Of a DNA stretch of 28,806 nt, positions 8,279-15,648 are shown in pieces (position 1 is the stretch's first letter; each line of letters starts with the position of its first letter). The notes below the pieces were generated by a model. That model had not been told where the DNA came from, searched no databases, and saw only the letters and a list, made by a program, of their open reading frames with translations. Origin of the DNA: Gaiellaceae bacterium (lineage in GTDB: Bacteria; Actinomycetota; Thermoleophilia; Gaiellales; Gaiellaceae); contig DASVEU010000117.1 in NCBI GenBank assembly GCA_036380395.1, positions 1 through 28,806 on the forward strand, read 5' to 3'. A program made the translations under genes and the position numbers.

Positions 8279-9289
8279 CTATGCCTTCGGGAGATCTGCG
8301 ACGAGCTCGTCCTCGTCCTCGTAGTCGAACTTGAGGTAATCCGCGCCGCGCGTGAGCACCTCGCGCCAGTCTCGATCCCGCGTGGCCCCGATCAACCAGC
8401 GGACCTGCCGGGGAAGCGCCTCCGCCCAGGTGGTCGCAGCGTGGTAACCGAGCTCCTGCTCGGCCTTCGCCATGTCAACGAGCATAGGCTTGGCAGCCGA
8501 CCAGGGCGTCTGACCGACCTCGCCGCGAGCGGCCGGCTCTTCGAGCAGAACCTCCTCGAAGCGATGGCCTGCGGCTTCGCCGATCGCGCGGGCAATCTCC
8601 AGCACGGTCGGCGGATCGGGATCGCCGCAGTTGAAGACACCCGTCCGCGGCCGGGCCGCGATCAACCGCACGAGCTCGCCGATGTTCTCCGACGCGGTGG
8701 TGTGGAACTGTCCGGCACCGCGGTTCGTCAGCACGACGAAGGGCCGGCGATCGAGCGCGCGCTTGACGAAGTGCCACTCGCGCCCCATCCGGTCGCCAGG
8801 CCCGTAGATCGCACACGGCCGCACGATCGCGGCCGGCACGTGGCCGTTCTCGAGCAGGATCCGTTCGAGCTTCACCTTCTTCGTCGAGTACGTGTCGTCG
8901 CCGGGCGCGACTGTTGGCTGCGTCTCTGGGATCGGGAGCGGGAACTCGGGGAAGTCGTCGACGCCCTGCGCCTCGTCGAGCGTGCGGCCTTGCTCGTCGG
9001 CGTAGACGGACGCGGAGGAGATCGCGACGAGCGCGCCGGTCTCGAGCGCGAGCAGCTGTTCGGCGTGCGCCGCCTCGAACGGGATGACGTCGACGACGAC
9101 GTCGAAGCCGTCCGCGACGGAGAGTGCGCCTTGCTCGTCTCGGTCGAGTGCGACCTGTTCGATACCCACGGGCGCGGCCCGCTCGGTTCTGCCCGCAACG
9201 GTGACCTGCCAGCCGTCAGCTGCGAGCGAATGCGCGATCGCCGTGCCGACGTTGCCCGTGCCGCCGAGGATGAAGGCGCGGCCGACTAT
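8279..9289 (-). CDS. NAD-dependent epimerase/dehydratase (extended/atypical SDR)
   Basis: The frame extends upstream of GTG 9169 through RAFILGGTGNVG (nucleotide-binding motif); it also has ISSASVY, YSTKK (YxxxK) and VRPCAIYGPGD. There is no ATG/GTG/TTG upstream of the GGTG motif, so ATA 9289 is used as a provisional start. Confidence 0.85.
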   Translation of the reverse strand: MVGRAFILGGTGNVGTAIAHSLAADGWQVTVAGRTERAAPVGIEQVALDRDEQGALSVADGFDVVVDVIPFEAAHAEQLLALETGALVAISSASVYADEQGRTLDEAQGVDDFPEFPLPIPETQPTVAPGDDTYSTKKVKLERILLENGHVPAAIVRPCAIYGPGDRMGREWHFVKRALDRRPFVVLTNRGAGQFHTTASENIGELVRLIAARPRTGVFNCGDPDPPTVLEIARAIGEAAGHRFEEVLLEEPAARGEVGQTPWSAAKPMLVDMAKAEQELGYHAATTWAEALPRQVRWLIGATRDRDWREVLTRGADYLKFDYEDEDELVADLPKA

Positions 9290-9295
9290 GGGTGT

Positions 9296-9745
9296 CTAGA
9301 CCGCGACGACCGGATCGCCGATGCTGATCTCGCCGTCGCTGAGAATGTCGGCGTTGAGACCGCCGCGATGCACGAGCGCCTTGATCAGGCCCGGCTGCGT
9401 CATCGACTCGAGATGCGCGCAGGGCTCACAGAGCTCGACGCCTTCGCATTCGACGTCGCCGATGCGGAAGCGCTTGCCGACGAGCTCGTTGACGTCGATC
9501 CCGCGCGTAAGTACGTTGCGCCGCGTTGCGGCGGGCTCGATCGAGACGTTGCCCTCGAGCGCGACCGCATCCATCGCCTCGGCCGCGATCAGCGTCACGC
9601 CTCGCCCCGGGGGCGCGTCGCCGTCTTCCCAGAAGTAACGGTTGCCCTGGAGACCGCGTCCTGCGTAAGCACGAACGCGCTCGACGGGAGCCGGGAGCTC
9701 GCCCCGCTCGGACGCGACGAAGATCGCTTCGACATGGCCGCTCAC
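9296..9745 (-). CDS. MOSC domain-containing protein (Moco sulfurase C-terminal-like)
   Basis: [52 protein letters not shown] (conserved Cys), [18 protein letters not shown]. Confidence 0.9.
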   Translation of the reverse strand: MSGHVEAIFVASERGELPAPVERVRAYAGRGLQGNRYFWEDGDAPPGRGVTLIAAEAMDAVALEGNVSIEPAATRRNVLTRGIDVNELVGKRFRIGDVECEGVELCEPCAHLESMTQPGLIKALVHRGGLNADILSDGEISIGDPVVAV

Positions 9746-9752
9746 AGGCTAG

Positions 9753-9758
9753 ACCCTA
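9753..9758 (-). promoter_or_regulatory. Candidate internal -10 hexamer TAGGGT for a leaderless MOSC transcript
   Basis: TANNNT 7 nt upstream of GTG 9745; it overlaps the hydantoinase B stop codon. Confidence 0.4.
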
Positions 9759-11225
9759 CCCACCATGCCCGCCGCCGCCCGGGGTCTCGATCGTGACGAC
9801 GTCCCCTGCGGTGAGATCGCGCGTCACCTTCGCCGGTAGGGGCTCTCCGTTGAGCGAGTTTCGCCCGGCGGCTCCCGGGTCGCCCCCGCGCTCGCCCTGC
9901 GGCCGGTGCACGCGGCGCTCGCTGATGATCGAGAGCCTGCAGGCCTCGAGGACACGCAGCTCGCGCAGGACGCCGTCGCCGCCTCGGTGCCGTCCCGCTC
10001 CGCCGGAGCCGAGCCGGAGCCCATAGCGCTCGACGCGCAGCGGGTACTGCAGCTCAAGGGCTTCGACCGGCGTCGAGAGCGTGTTCGACATCGCGACATG
10101 CACGCCGCTCGGCCCATCTGCATCCGGACATGCGCCCTGACCGCCGCCGATCGTCTCGTAGTACGTGAAGCGTTCGTTGCCGAGCGTGACGTTGTTCATC
10201 GTTCCCTGTCCCTGCGCCGGAACCTCGATCGCCTCGCCGAAGGCGCGCATCACGACGTCGACGATTCGGGAGGAGGTCTCCACGTTGCCCGCGGCCACGG
10301 CCGCCGGCGGGCGCGCGTTGACGAGGCAGCCTGCGGGAGCGGTGACGTTGACGGGGGCGAACGCGCCGCCCGACCCCGGGAGAGCGGGATCGACGAGAAG
10401 GCGGACGACGTAGAAGCACGCGGAGCGCGCAACCGACAGCGGGCAGTTGAGATTCCCGGCATGCTGCGGGGAGGTTCCGGTGAAGTCGATTGCGACCGTT
10501 TCGCCCTCGACCGTCACGGTCGCGTGCACCTCGAGGTCGCCTGCGATCGCCTCCAGCACGTCGTGCGCTGCAAACCGACCGTCCGGGAGAGCGGCAATGC
10601 CTGCGCGCATCCTGCGCTCGGAGTAGGCGAAGAGCTCGTCCATCGCCGCGATGACCGTGTCGCGTCCGCGCCGCTCACAGAGCTCCGCGACCCGCTGCTC
10701 CGCTAGGCGGTGCGCCGCGAGCTGCGCGCGCAGATCTCCCTGCCGCTCCTCGGGGTTGCGCATGCGCGCGACCAGACCCGCGATCACGTCGTCGTCGAGC
10801 CGCGTCGGAGGAATCACGACGCCTTCTTCGTCCAGGGTGCGCGAATCGGCGGGCATCGAGCCCGGCTCCCGGCCGCCCACGTCTGCGTGGTGCGCGCGCG
10901 TGACCGCGAAGCCCGTTTCGGTTCGCGACACGAGCGTGATGTCCGGAAGGTGCGTGCCCCCTGCGTAGGGATCGTTGAGCGCCCACACCTCGCCGAAGGC
11001 CGGGTCCTGCCGCATCACCGCGGCGACCGCATCGGGCATCGCGCCGAGATGCACGGGGATGTGCTCGGCCTGCGCGACCATCCGGCCGCGCTCGTCGAAC
11101 AGCGCCGTGGAGCAATCCCGGCGCTCCTTGATGTTCGCCGAGAACGCCGAACGGACGAGCACGGCGCCCATCTCTTCCGCCACCGCGCGCAGGAGGCTGC
11201 CGATGATCTGGAGCTCGATCGTCAC
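9756..11225 (-). CDS. hyuB: Hydantoinase B / 5-oxoprolinase family subunit
   Basis: [110 protein letters not shown] overlap with subunit A. Confidence 0.93.
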   Translation of the reverse strand: MTIELQIIGSLLRAVAEEMGAVLVRSAFSANIKERRDCSTALFDERGRMVAQAEHIPVHLGAMPDAVAAVMRQDPAFGEVWALNDPYAGGTHLPDITLVSRTETGFAVTRAHHADVGGREPGSMPADSRTLDEEGVVIPPTRLDDDVIAGLVARMRNPEERQGDLRAQLAAHRLAEQRVAELCERRGRDTVIAAMDELFAYSERRMRAGIAALPDGRFAAHDVLEAIAGDLEVHATVTVEGETVAIDFTGTSPQHAGNLNCPLSVARSACFYVVRLLVDPALPGSGGAFAPVNVTAPAGCLVNARPPAAVAAGNVETSSRIVDVVMRAFGEAIEVPAQGQGTMNNVTLGNERFTYYETIGGGQGACPDADGPSGVHVAMSNTLSTPVEALELQYPLRVERYGLRLGSGGAGRHRGGDGVLRELRVLEACRLSIISERRVHRPQGERGGDPGAAGRNSLNGEPLPAKVTRDLTAGDVVTIETPGGGGHGG

Positions 11226-12958
11226 TGTCGCGTGAGCCTCAGCATGCGACCATCCCTAGCCCCCACCCACCCAGGGGGAATCCAGCACGTGGAGCCGGCG
11301 AGCTCGACGACGGCGGGGCCGTAGATCGTCGTTTCCTTGCCGCGCGGCAGCTCGAGCTCGGGTCCCCGACGGATGTCGGCGGTCCGCACAGCCACCAGCT
11401 GGACTTCGCGGTCCCGCTCCGCGAACCCGTACTGCTCTTCGTGTGCGCGGTGAAATGCGTCGGCCAAATCTTCCTGCAGCGGCACGGTCAGTTCGAAGGA
11501 CTGTCCCGCGTAGCGGAGATCGGCTTCGCCTTCCCGCGGCAGCTCGCCGGCGTCCCGAAGGGGGACGAGATACGAGCGCACCGCGTCTCGCCGCTCCTCC
11601 GACGCGACCAGTCCGAGTGCCGACAGCACGCCCGCGGCCTCCGGGACGAGCGCGGTGCGAATGCCAAGCTCGTCCGCCAGCTCGCACGCGTGCAGTGGGC
11701 CGGCTCCGCCGAACGCCACGAGCGCGAAGTCCGCCGGGTCGTGCCCGCGCTCCACGGAGACGACGCGCAGCGCACGCAGCATCTCCGCGTTGACGACATC
11801 GACGACCGCCGCCGGATCGATTCCCGCGAGTGCGCGCTCGGCCGCCGCGCGGTCGAGCTCGACGCCGCCGGCGAGCTGGTGAGGCAGTCGGCCGAGCAGG
11901 AGGTTCGCATCGGTGACCGTGCCCTGCGTTCCGCCGCGTCCGTAACACGCCGGGCCCGGATCTGCGCCGGCGCTCTGCGGACCGACATGCAGTGCACCGC
12001 CGGCGTCCGTCCAGACGAGCGAGCCCCCGCCCGCACCGACGGTGTGCAGGTCGACCGTCGAGAGGCGGATCGGCAGGCCTGCGACAGTTCGTTCGCTTGC
12101 GCGCTGGGCGCGACCGCCCGCGATCAGGCACACGTCCGTCGACGTGCCACCCATGTCGAACGCGATCGCGTTCTCGATGCCGTCCAGTGCCGCGAGTCGT
12201 GCAGCGCCGACCACACCGGCGGCGGGGCCGGAGACGAGAATCGTCGCCGGATGATCGGCCGCTTCGTCGGGGGTCGCAACCCCTCCCGAGGAACGCATGA
12301 CGAGCGGCTCCGGTAAGCCTGCTGCCGCGGCAGCGTCTGCCAGCGCGTGCAGGTAGCGCGCCACGACCGGCCCGAGGTAGGCATCGGCCGCGGTGGTCGA
12401 CGCCCGCTCGTACTCCCGGAACTCCGGCGCCACCTCGTGCGAGGCGACGACGTGCGCATCCGGCAGCCTGCGCCGGAGCTCCTCGACAACGACGCGCTCG
12501 TGCGACGGATCGCGGTACGCGTGTAAGAGGCACACCGCGACCGCGTCGGCGTCGATGTCCGGCAGCGTGCCGAGCTCGAGCGGCTCGAGCTCTCCCTCGG
12601 GACCCATGCGCCCGCGAATGCCGTATGAGCGGTCGAGCGGAACGAGCGGCTCGGGCCACGCCGCACACGGGCGGTAGAGCTGCGCGCGTGTCTGACGGCG
12701 CAGATGCAGGAGATGCTCGAAGCCGGCGGTGGTGACGAACGCTGTCCGCGCTCCCTTGCGCTCGAGCAGCGCGTTGGTCGCAACCGTCGTCCCGTGCGCG
12801 AAACGCTCGACGCGGTCGGCGCCCGCCGCTCGCGCTGCCGCGAGGACCGACTCCTCCTGGTGAGGGGCGGTGAGCACCTTGGCGGTGGTCACGCGACCGC
12901 CGTCCAGGACGACCGCATCGGTGAAGGTCCCGCCCACGTCGACGCCGAGCACAGCCAT
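11222..12958 (-). CDS. hyuA: Hydantoinase A / 5-oxoprolinase family ATPase subunit
   Basis: GVDVGGTFTD, HGTTVATNALLERKGA, EFREYERASTT, MRSSGG, SGPAAGVVGA, DMGGTSTDV, IHTV-like LHTVGAGGGS, GPQSAGADPGPACYGRGG, TVTDANLLLG, AFGGAGPLHA. Confidence 0.93.
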   Translation of the reverse strand: MAVLGVDVGGTFTDAVVLDGGRVTTAKVLTAPHQEESVLAAARAAGADRVERFAHGTTVATNALLERKGARTAFVTTAGFEHLLHLRRQTRAQLYRPCAAWPEPLVPLDRSYGIRGRMGPEGELEPLELGTLPDIDADAVAVCLLHAYRDPSHERVVVEELRRRLPDAHVVASHEVAPEFREYERASTTAADAYLGPVVARYLHALADAAAAAGLPEPLVMRSSGGVATPDEAADHPATILVSGPAAGVVGAARLAALDGIENAIAFDMGGTSTDVCLIAGGRAQRASERTVAGLPIRLSTVDLHTVGAGGGSLVWTDAGGALHVGPQSAGADPGPACYGRGGTQGTVTDANLLLGRLPHQLAGGVELDRAAAERALAGIDPAAVVDVVNAEMLRALRVVSVERGHDPADFALVAFGGAGPLHACELADELGIRTALVPEAAGVLSALGLVASEERRDAVRSYLVPLRDAGELPREGEADLRYAGQSFELTVPLQEDLADAFHRAHEEQYGFAERDREVQLVAVRTADIRRGPELELPRGKETTIYGPAVVELAGSTCWIPPGWVGARDGRMLRLTRQ

Positions 12959-12975
12959 TCAGGAAGACTGACAGC
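12959..12975. promoter_or_regulatory. 17-bp divergent intergenic region with overlapping candidate -10 hexamers (AAGACT on +, CAGTCT on -)
   Basis: Each hexamer lies exactly 6 nt from its start codon (GTG 12976 on +, ATG 12958 on -). Confidence 0.45.
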
Positions 12976-13647
12976 GTGGCAATCCGTGGGCTCCTCTTCG
13001 ACTTCGACGGCCTGCTGGTCGACACCGAGACTCCCTCCCGGCTCGTCTGGGAGGAGCTCTACCGCGAGCACGGTCACGAGTTGCCGCAGGATCGGTGGGC
13101 CACCCTCATCGGAACGATCGGCGCGCCTTTCGATCCGCTCGGACATCTCGAGGAGCTCGTCGGCAGGCGCCTCGACGAGCAGGCGCTGACCACACGTCGC
13201 CGCGCCCGCGAGTACGAGCTCACGGATCTCGAAGAGCTCAGACCTGGCGTGGAAGAGTATTTCGCCGAAGCCGAGCGGCTCGGCCTGCGCACCGCGGTGG
13301 TGAGCAGCAGCGACGACGACTGGATCGCGCGTCATCTCGGCCGGCTCGGTCACCTCGAAGGCCTCGACACGATCGTGGCCGCAAACGGCGACACGGCGCG
13401 GGCGAAACCTCGACCCGATCTCTACCTCGAGGCGCTCGACCGTCTCGAGCTCGAGCCGCACGAGGCTATCGCCTTCGAGGACTCACCGAATGGCGTCACC
13501 GCCGCGAAAGCAGCCGGGCTCGTCTGCGTGGCTGTGCCGAACCCGATGACGGCGACGCTCGCGCTCGACGACGCCGACCTCGTGCTCGAATCGCTTGCAG
13601 ACGTCCCCCTGCGCGGGTTGCTCGAACGGTTCCGATCGGCGCGATGA
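12976..13647 (+). CDS. HAD superfamily hydrolase, subfamily IA (phosphatase)
   Basis: Motif I FDFDGLLVDTE, motif II VVSSS, motif III KPRPDLY, motif IV AFEDSPNGVTAAKAAG. Confidence 0.93.
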   Translation: MAIRGLLFDFDGLLVDTETPSRLVWEELYREHGHELPQDRWATLIGTIGAPFDPLGHLEELVGRRLDEQALTTRRRAREYELTDLEELRPGVEEYFAEAERLGLRTAVVSSSDDDWIARHLGRLGHLEGLDTIVAANGDTARAKPRPDLYLEALDRLELEPHEAIAFEDSPNGVTAAKAAGLVCVAVPNPMTATLALDDADLVLESLADVPLRGLLERFRSAR

Positions 13648-13988
13648 AGGCATTGACGCAGATGAAGTGCGTCGCCTGTCGCAAGGACGCCCCGACCTTG
13701 GCCGATGCCGAGATCGCAGAACTGCATCCCCAGATTCCTGACTGGGAAATCGTCGAGCTCGACGGGATCAAACGTCTGAGACGCGTCTTTGCGGTCGATG
13801 ATTTTGCGCAGGCACTGGAACTCACGAACGAAGTCGCCGAGCTTGCGGAGCAGGAGCAACATCACCCGGCGCTGCTGACCGAGTGGGGCAGGACGACGGT
13901 CACGTGGTGGACGCACAAGATCAAAGGCCTGCATCGCAACGACTTCATCATGGCGGCGAAGACGGACCAGCTGTACCTGCGCTACTAG
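13644..13988 (+). CDS. phhB: Pterin-4-alpha-carbinolamine dehydratase (4a-hydroxytetrahydrobiopterin dehydratase)
   Basis: MKALTQMKCVAC (PhhB-like N-terminus), catalytic EQEQHHP, EWGRTTVTWWTHKIKGLHRNDFIMAAKTD. ATGA overlap with the HAD gene; I moved the start to 13644. Confidence 0.93.
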   Translation: MKALTQMKCVACRKDAPTLADAEIAELHPQIPDWEIVELDGIKRLRRVFAVDDFAQALELTNEVAELAEQEQHHPALLTEWGRTTVTWWTHKIKGLHRNDFIMAAKTDQLYLRY

Positions 13989-14890
13989 ACCCCGTTCTTG
14001 CGGAGCTCCGCGACGATCGCGGGCACGATCTCGTGGAGGTCGCCGATCACGGCCCAGTCTGCGCGCGCGACGATCGGTGCGCTCTGGTCCTTGTTGATCA
14101 CGAGGATCCGCTTGGCGGCCTTGCACCCGACGATGTGCTGGATTGCGCCGCTGATGCCGCAGGCGATGTAGAGGTCGGGCGCGATCCGCGCACCCGTCTG
14201 TCCGACCTGATCGGAGTGCGGTCTCCAGCCGAGGTTGGTGACGACGCGCGAGCCGCCGACGGCACCCCCGAGGAGGTTCGCGAGCTCCTCGAGCAGTTCG
14301 AACCCCTCTTTGCTGCCGACGCCGCGGCCGCCGCCGACAACGACGCGCGCGGTGTCGAGCCGAACGGTGCCGGCGGTCGGTTGCTCGCGGCCTGACACCC
14401 GCACGACGAAGTGTTCGTCGGCGAGGGACGGGGTGAACTCCTCCGTCGTCGTAGTGACGCCGGCGGGCTGCGCCACGACGGCATGCGCGGCGACCGTGAG
14501 CAGCTTCGGCGTTCCGGTGAGCCGGGCCTCTTCCAGCAGGCTGCCGCCCCAGCGCTGGCGCGTGAGCTGCAAGGCGTCGCCGTCGGTTGCAGCCGCGACG
14601 ACATTCGCGGCCAGTGGGACGCCCAGCCGCGCCGCGACGTGGGCCAGCACCTCGTGCCCGCGGTCGGTGCCCGGGGCGACCACGACCTCCGGCTCGAGCT
14701 CGACGATCGCCTGCGCCCACGCCTCGGGCGCGTAGTCCCCAAGTCGCGGGTGCACAACGCGGCGCGCGCGTGCGGTGTAGCCGTCGACGTCCGTCTCCTC
14801 GAAGATCAGCGCCTCGACGTCACCGAGTTCGCGTGCGAATGTCAGCGCTTCGAGCGAGACCGGGTCGCCGTCGACGAGGCAGAGGATCAT
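13985..14890 (-). CDS. etfA: Electron transfer flavoprotein alpha subunit
   Basis: ARVVVGGGRGVG, LGGAVGGSRVV, QVGQTG..IAPDLYIACGISGAIQH, INKD..API, GDLHEIVP. Start ATG 14890 overlaps the etfB stop (ATGA). Confidence 0.93.
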   Translation of the reverse strand: MILCLVDGDPVSLEALTFARELGDVEALIFEETDVDGYTARARRVVHPRLGDYAPEAWAQAIVELEPEVVVAPGTDRGHEVLAHVAARLGVPLAANVVAAATDGDALQLTRQRWGGSLLEEARLTGTPKLLTVAAHAVVAQPAGVTTTTEEFTPSLADEHFVVRVSGREQPTAGTVRLDTARVVVGGGRGVGSKEGFELLEELANLLGGAVGGSRVVTNLGWRPHSDQVGQTGARIAPDLYIACGISGAIQHIVGCKAAKRILVINKDQSAPIVARADWAVIGDLHEIVPAIVAELRKNGV

Positions 14891-15648
14891 GACGTCACCA
14901 CTAGCCCGAGCTCGCGCAGCACCTCCACGACGCGCGGCGCCGCGGCGGCGCCGGCGAGGATCTCGGCGTGCGTCTCCTGCTCCGGCGGGACGACGAGCCT
15001 GATCGTCTCCAGCGCGCTCGCGCGCGGCTGTGGCTCGATCCGCGCGATCGGCGTCTTCTTCGCACGCAGCCGCCCGGGCAGCGACGCGTAGCGCGGCAGA
15101 TTGATTCCTTCCTTCACCGTGACGACCGCCGGCAGCGGCAGCTCGAAGATCTCCCAGCCGCCGCCTGCCTCGCGCCGCGCTGTCAGCTTCCTGTCCTCGA
15201 TCGCGATGCCCTTGATGCCGGTGACGCACGGGAGCCCCAGCGCATGAGCGACGCGAACGCCCACCTGGTAGTCGCCGGTGTCCGCCGCCTCGTTGCCGAA
15301 CAGCAGCACGTCGAACAGTTCGGGTTGCGCGCTAATCGCGTCTGCGAGTGCAGCGGCCGTCGCCTCAGCGTTCCAGTCACTCCCGTCGGTCTCGAGCAGC
15401 ACGGCGTTGTCCACGCCCATCGCCATGGCGTTCTGTAGCTGTTCGGCGGCGTCGGGCGGTCCCAGGGTCAGCACCGTCGTCGACCCCCCGTGCTTCCCGA
15501 CGATGCGCAGCGCTTCCTCGACGGCGCACTCCTCGTGCGGCGAGATCGTGAAGCCGAGCAGGCTCGTGTCGATCGCCTGCGCGTCGCCCGTGAGCGTGAT
15601 GCGTGCCCCCGTCTCGGGAACGCGCTTCACGCACACGATGACGTTCAA
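14887..15648 (-). CDS. etfB: Electron transfer flavoprotein beta subunit
   Basis: NVIVCVKRVP, ISPHEECAVEEALRI, VLTLGP, AMAMGVDNAVL, LPLPAVVTVKEGINLPRYASLPGRLRAKK. TTG start 15648 overlaps the upstream TGA (TTGA). Confidence 0.92.
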   Translation of the reverse strand: MNVIVCVKRVPETGARITLTGDAQAIDTSLLGFTISPHEECAVEEALRIVGKHGGSTTVLTLGPPDAAEQLQNAMAMGVDNAVLLETDGSDWNAEATAAALADAISAQPELFDVLLFGNEAADTGDYQVGVRVAHALGLPCVTGIKGIAIEDRKLTARREAGGGWEIFELPLPAVVTVKEGINLPRYASLPGRLRAKKTPIARIEPQPRASALETIRLVVPPEQETHAEILAGAAAAPRVVEVLRELGLVVTS

